Positions 45,976 through 46,749 of a stretch of 46,749 nucleotides of DNA are shown in pieces (position 1 is the first letter of the stretch; each line of letters opens with the position of its first letter). Source of the stretch: Acidobacteriota bacterium (GTDB taxonomy: Bacteria; Acidobacteriota; Polarisedimenticolia; SMYD01). The notes beneath the pieces were generated by a model that was not told where the DNA came from, searched no databases, and worked only from the letters and a program-made list of their open reading frames with translations. The stretch lies in the NCBI GenBank assembly GCA_027295805.1, contig JAPUKF010000292.1:1-46749 (forward strand). Reading direction: 5' to 3'. A program made the position numbers and the translations under genes.

Positions 45976-46749
45976 GTCCCGCCGCGCCGGATGAGTTCGT
46001 CCCGGGCTGGTACCGGCAGCAGGTTGGCCAGCTCCTGGAGGAGGTGGCGCACGTTCTCGTCCCCCGCATCGGGAGTCAGAACCCGGATTTCGACCAGCTG
46101 GTCGCCGCGGCCACCGCGGCGGGAGGGGGCGCCCTTTCCTTTGAGGCGGAGTTGCTGTCCCCCCTGCGTTCCCGGCGGCACGTTCAGGACGGCCATGCCA
46201 TCCACCGTGGGCACCTGGATACGCGCGCCCATGGCTGCTTCGCTGATGGTGACGGGGACGATGCACAGGATGTTGTCCCCCTGGCGGGTGAAGACCGGGT
46301 GCGGGCCGACACGTACGCTGACCCGCAGGTCGCCGGAGTGGCCACCCCTCGCACCGGCATGGCCCTGGCTGGCGATGCGCAGACGTGTGCCGTCGGATAC
46401 ACCCGCAGGGATGCGAACTTCGATGGTTTGGCTGTGGTTTTGCAGACCACTCCCGCCGCAAACCCGGCAAGAGCGCGACCCTTCCGCCCCGCAAGCAGCA
46501 CATGCCCCCTGCCGCTGGATGCGCACCGGTGTCTTGAGCCCGCGGATGGCGTCCATGAAGCCGATATGCATGACCGCCTCCACGTCGGCGCCTCGGAGAG
46601 GTCTCTCTCGACCGGGTGTTCGGGCCTTCCGTCCGAAGATCTGCGAAAACAGATCGCCCAGATCGCCCTGGAAGGTGGCGCCGGCGGCAAAGTCTGAGGG
46701 ATTCCAAGCCACAGCGCCCGGACCCCGGCCGGCAGCACCGAACTGGTCA
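45972..46749 (-). CDS. DnaJ/CbpA-like co-chaperone, C-terminal part (J domain lies outside the window)
   Basis: The frame is open to the window end (...DQFGAAGRGPGAVAWNPSDFAAGATFQGDLGDLFSQIFG, a G/F region). Then CAACGAEGSRSCRVCGGSG, and C-terminal beta domains (IEVRIPAGVSDGTRLRIASQG..., GDLRVSVRV). Confidence 0.85.
   Translation of the reverse strand, partial: DQFGAAGRGPGAVAWNPSDFAAGATFQGDLGDLFSQIFGRKARTPGRERPLRGADVEAVMHIGFMDAIRGLKTPVRIQRQGACAACGAEGSRSCRVCGGSGLQNHSQTIEVRIPAGVSDGTRLRIASQGHAGARGGHSGDLRVSVRVGPHPVFTRQGDNILCIVPVTISEAAMGARIQVPTVDGMAVLNVPPGTQGGQQLRLKGKGAPSRRGGRGDQLVEIRVLTPDAGDENVRHLLQELANLLPVPARDELIRRGGT

Noticed and set aside
45976-46707. Upstream 244 aa of the 376-aa ORF that contains hspR
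   Set aside because: This frame overlaps the DnaJ-like frame, which has clear G/F, Cys-pair and C-terminal domain motifs. The translation here is Arg/Pro/Gly-rich noise. hspR starts at ATG 45975.

Overview
High-G+C, very gene-dense chromosomal window from a diderm bacterium (Lpt genes present). I support about 46 protein-coding genes. I could not detect any rRNA, tRNA, CRISPR array, transposase or integrase. All but two genes (14855-18103 and 24456-24722) are on the minus strand, and many junctions overlap by 1-20 nt (ATGA/GTGA type), so most of the window reads as long co-directional operons. Most content is housekeeping: parAB, miaB, rpsA-ihf, hisC, rluB, scpAB, serS, der, comEC, coaX-birA-nadC, a split B12-dependent acyl-CoA mutase with two acyl-CoA dehydrogenases, enoyl-CoA hydratase and thiolase, lptB-rpoN-hpf, a group-2-like sigma factor, and hspR with a dnaJ-like gene. 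The best candidate for something undescribed is the block 18121-22930. It starts with a clear MglA-family Ras-like GTPase that has no adjacent mglB and carries a roughly 310-aa acidic, Pro-rich tail. Four tightly packed genes follow that I cannot assign to a characterised family: an unknown 243-262-aa protein, a Tat-signal protein with lower G+C, an MJ0042-type zinc-ribbon protein ending in an amphipathic helix, and an exported HEAT-repeat protein. Secondary oddities: a secreted Asp/Cys-repeat gene broken by one in-frame TAG; a duplicated GC hairpin motif after parB; a cNMP-binding/FHA fusion; a 654-aa LptC/LptA-like fusion; a polytopic membrane protein with a degenerate spermidine-synthase-like module plus TPRs; and a DnaJ-like protein with half a zinc finger. 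All family calls come from motif recognition by eye. No database search was run.
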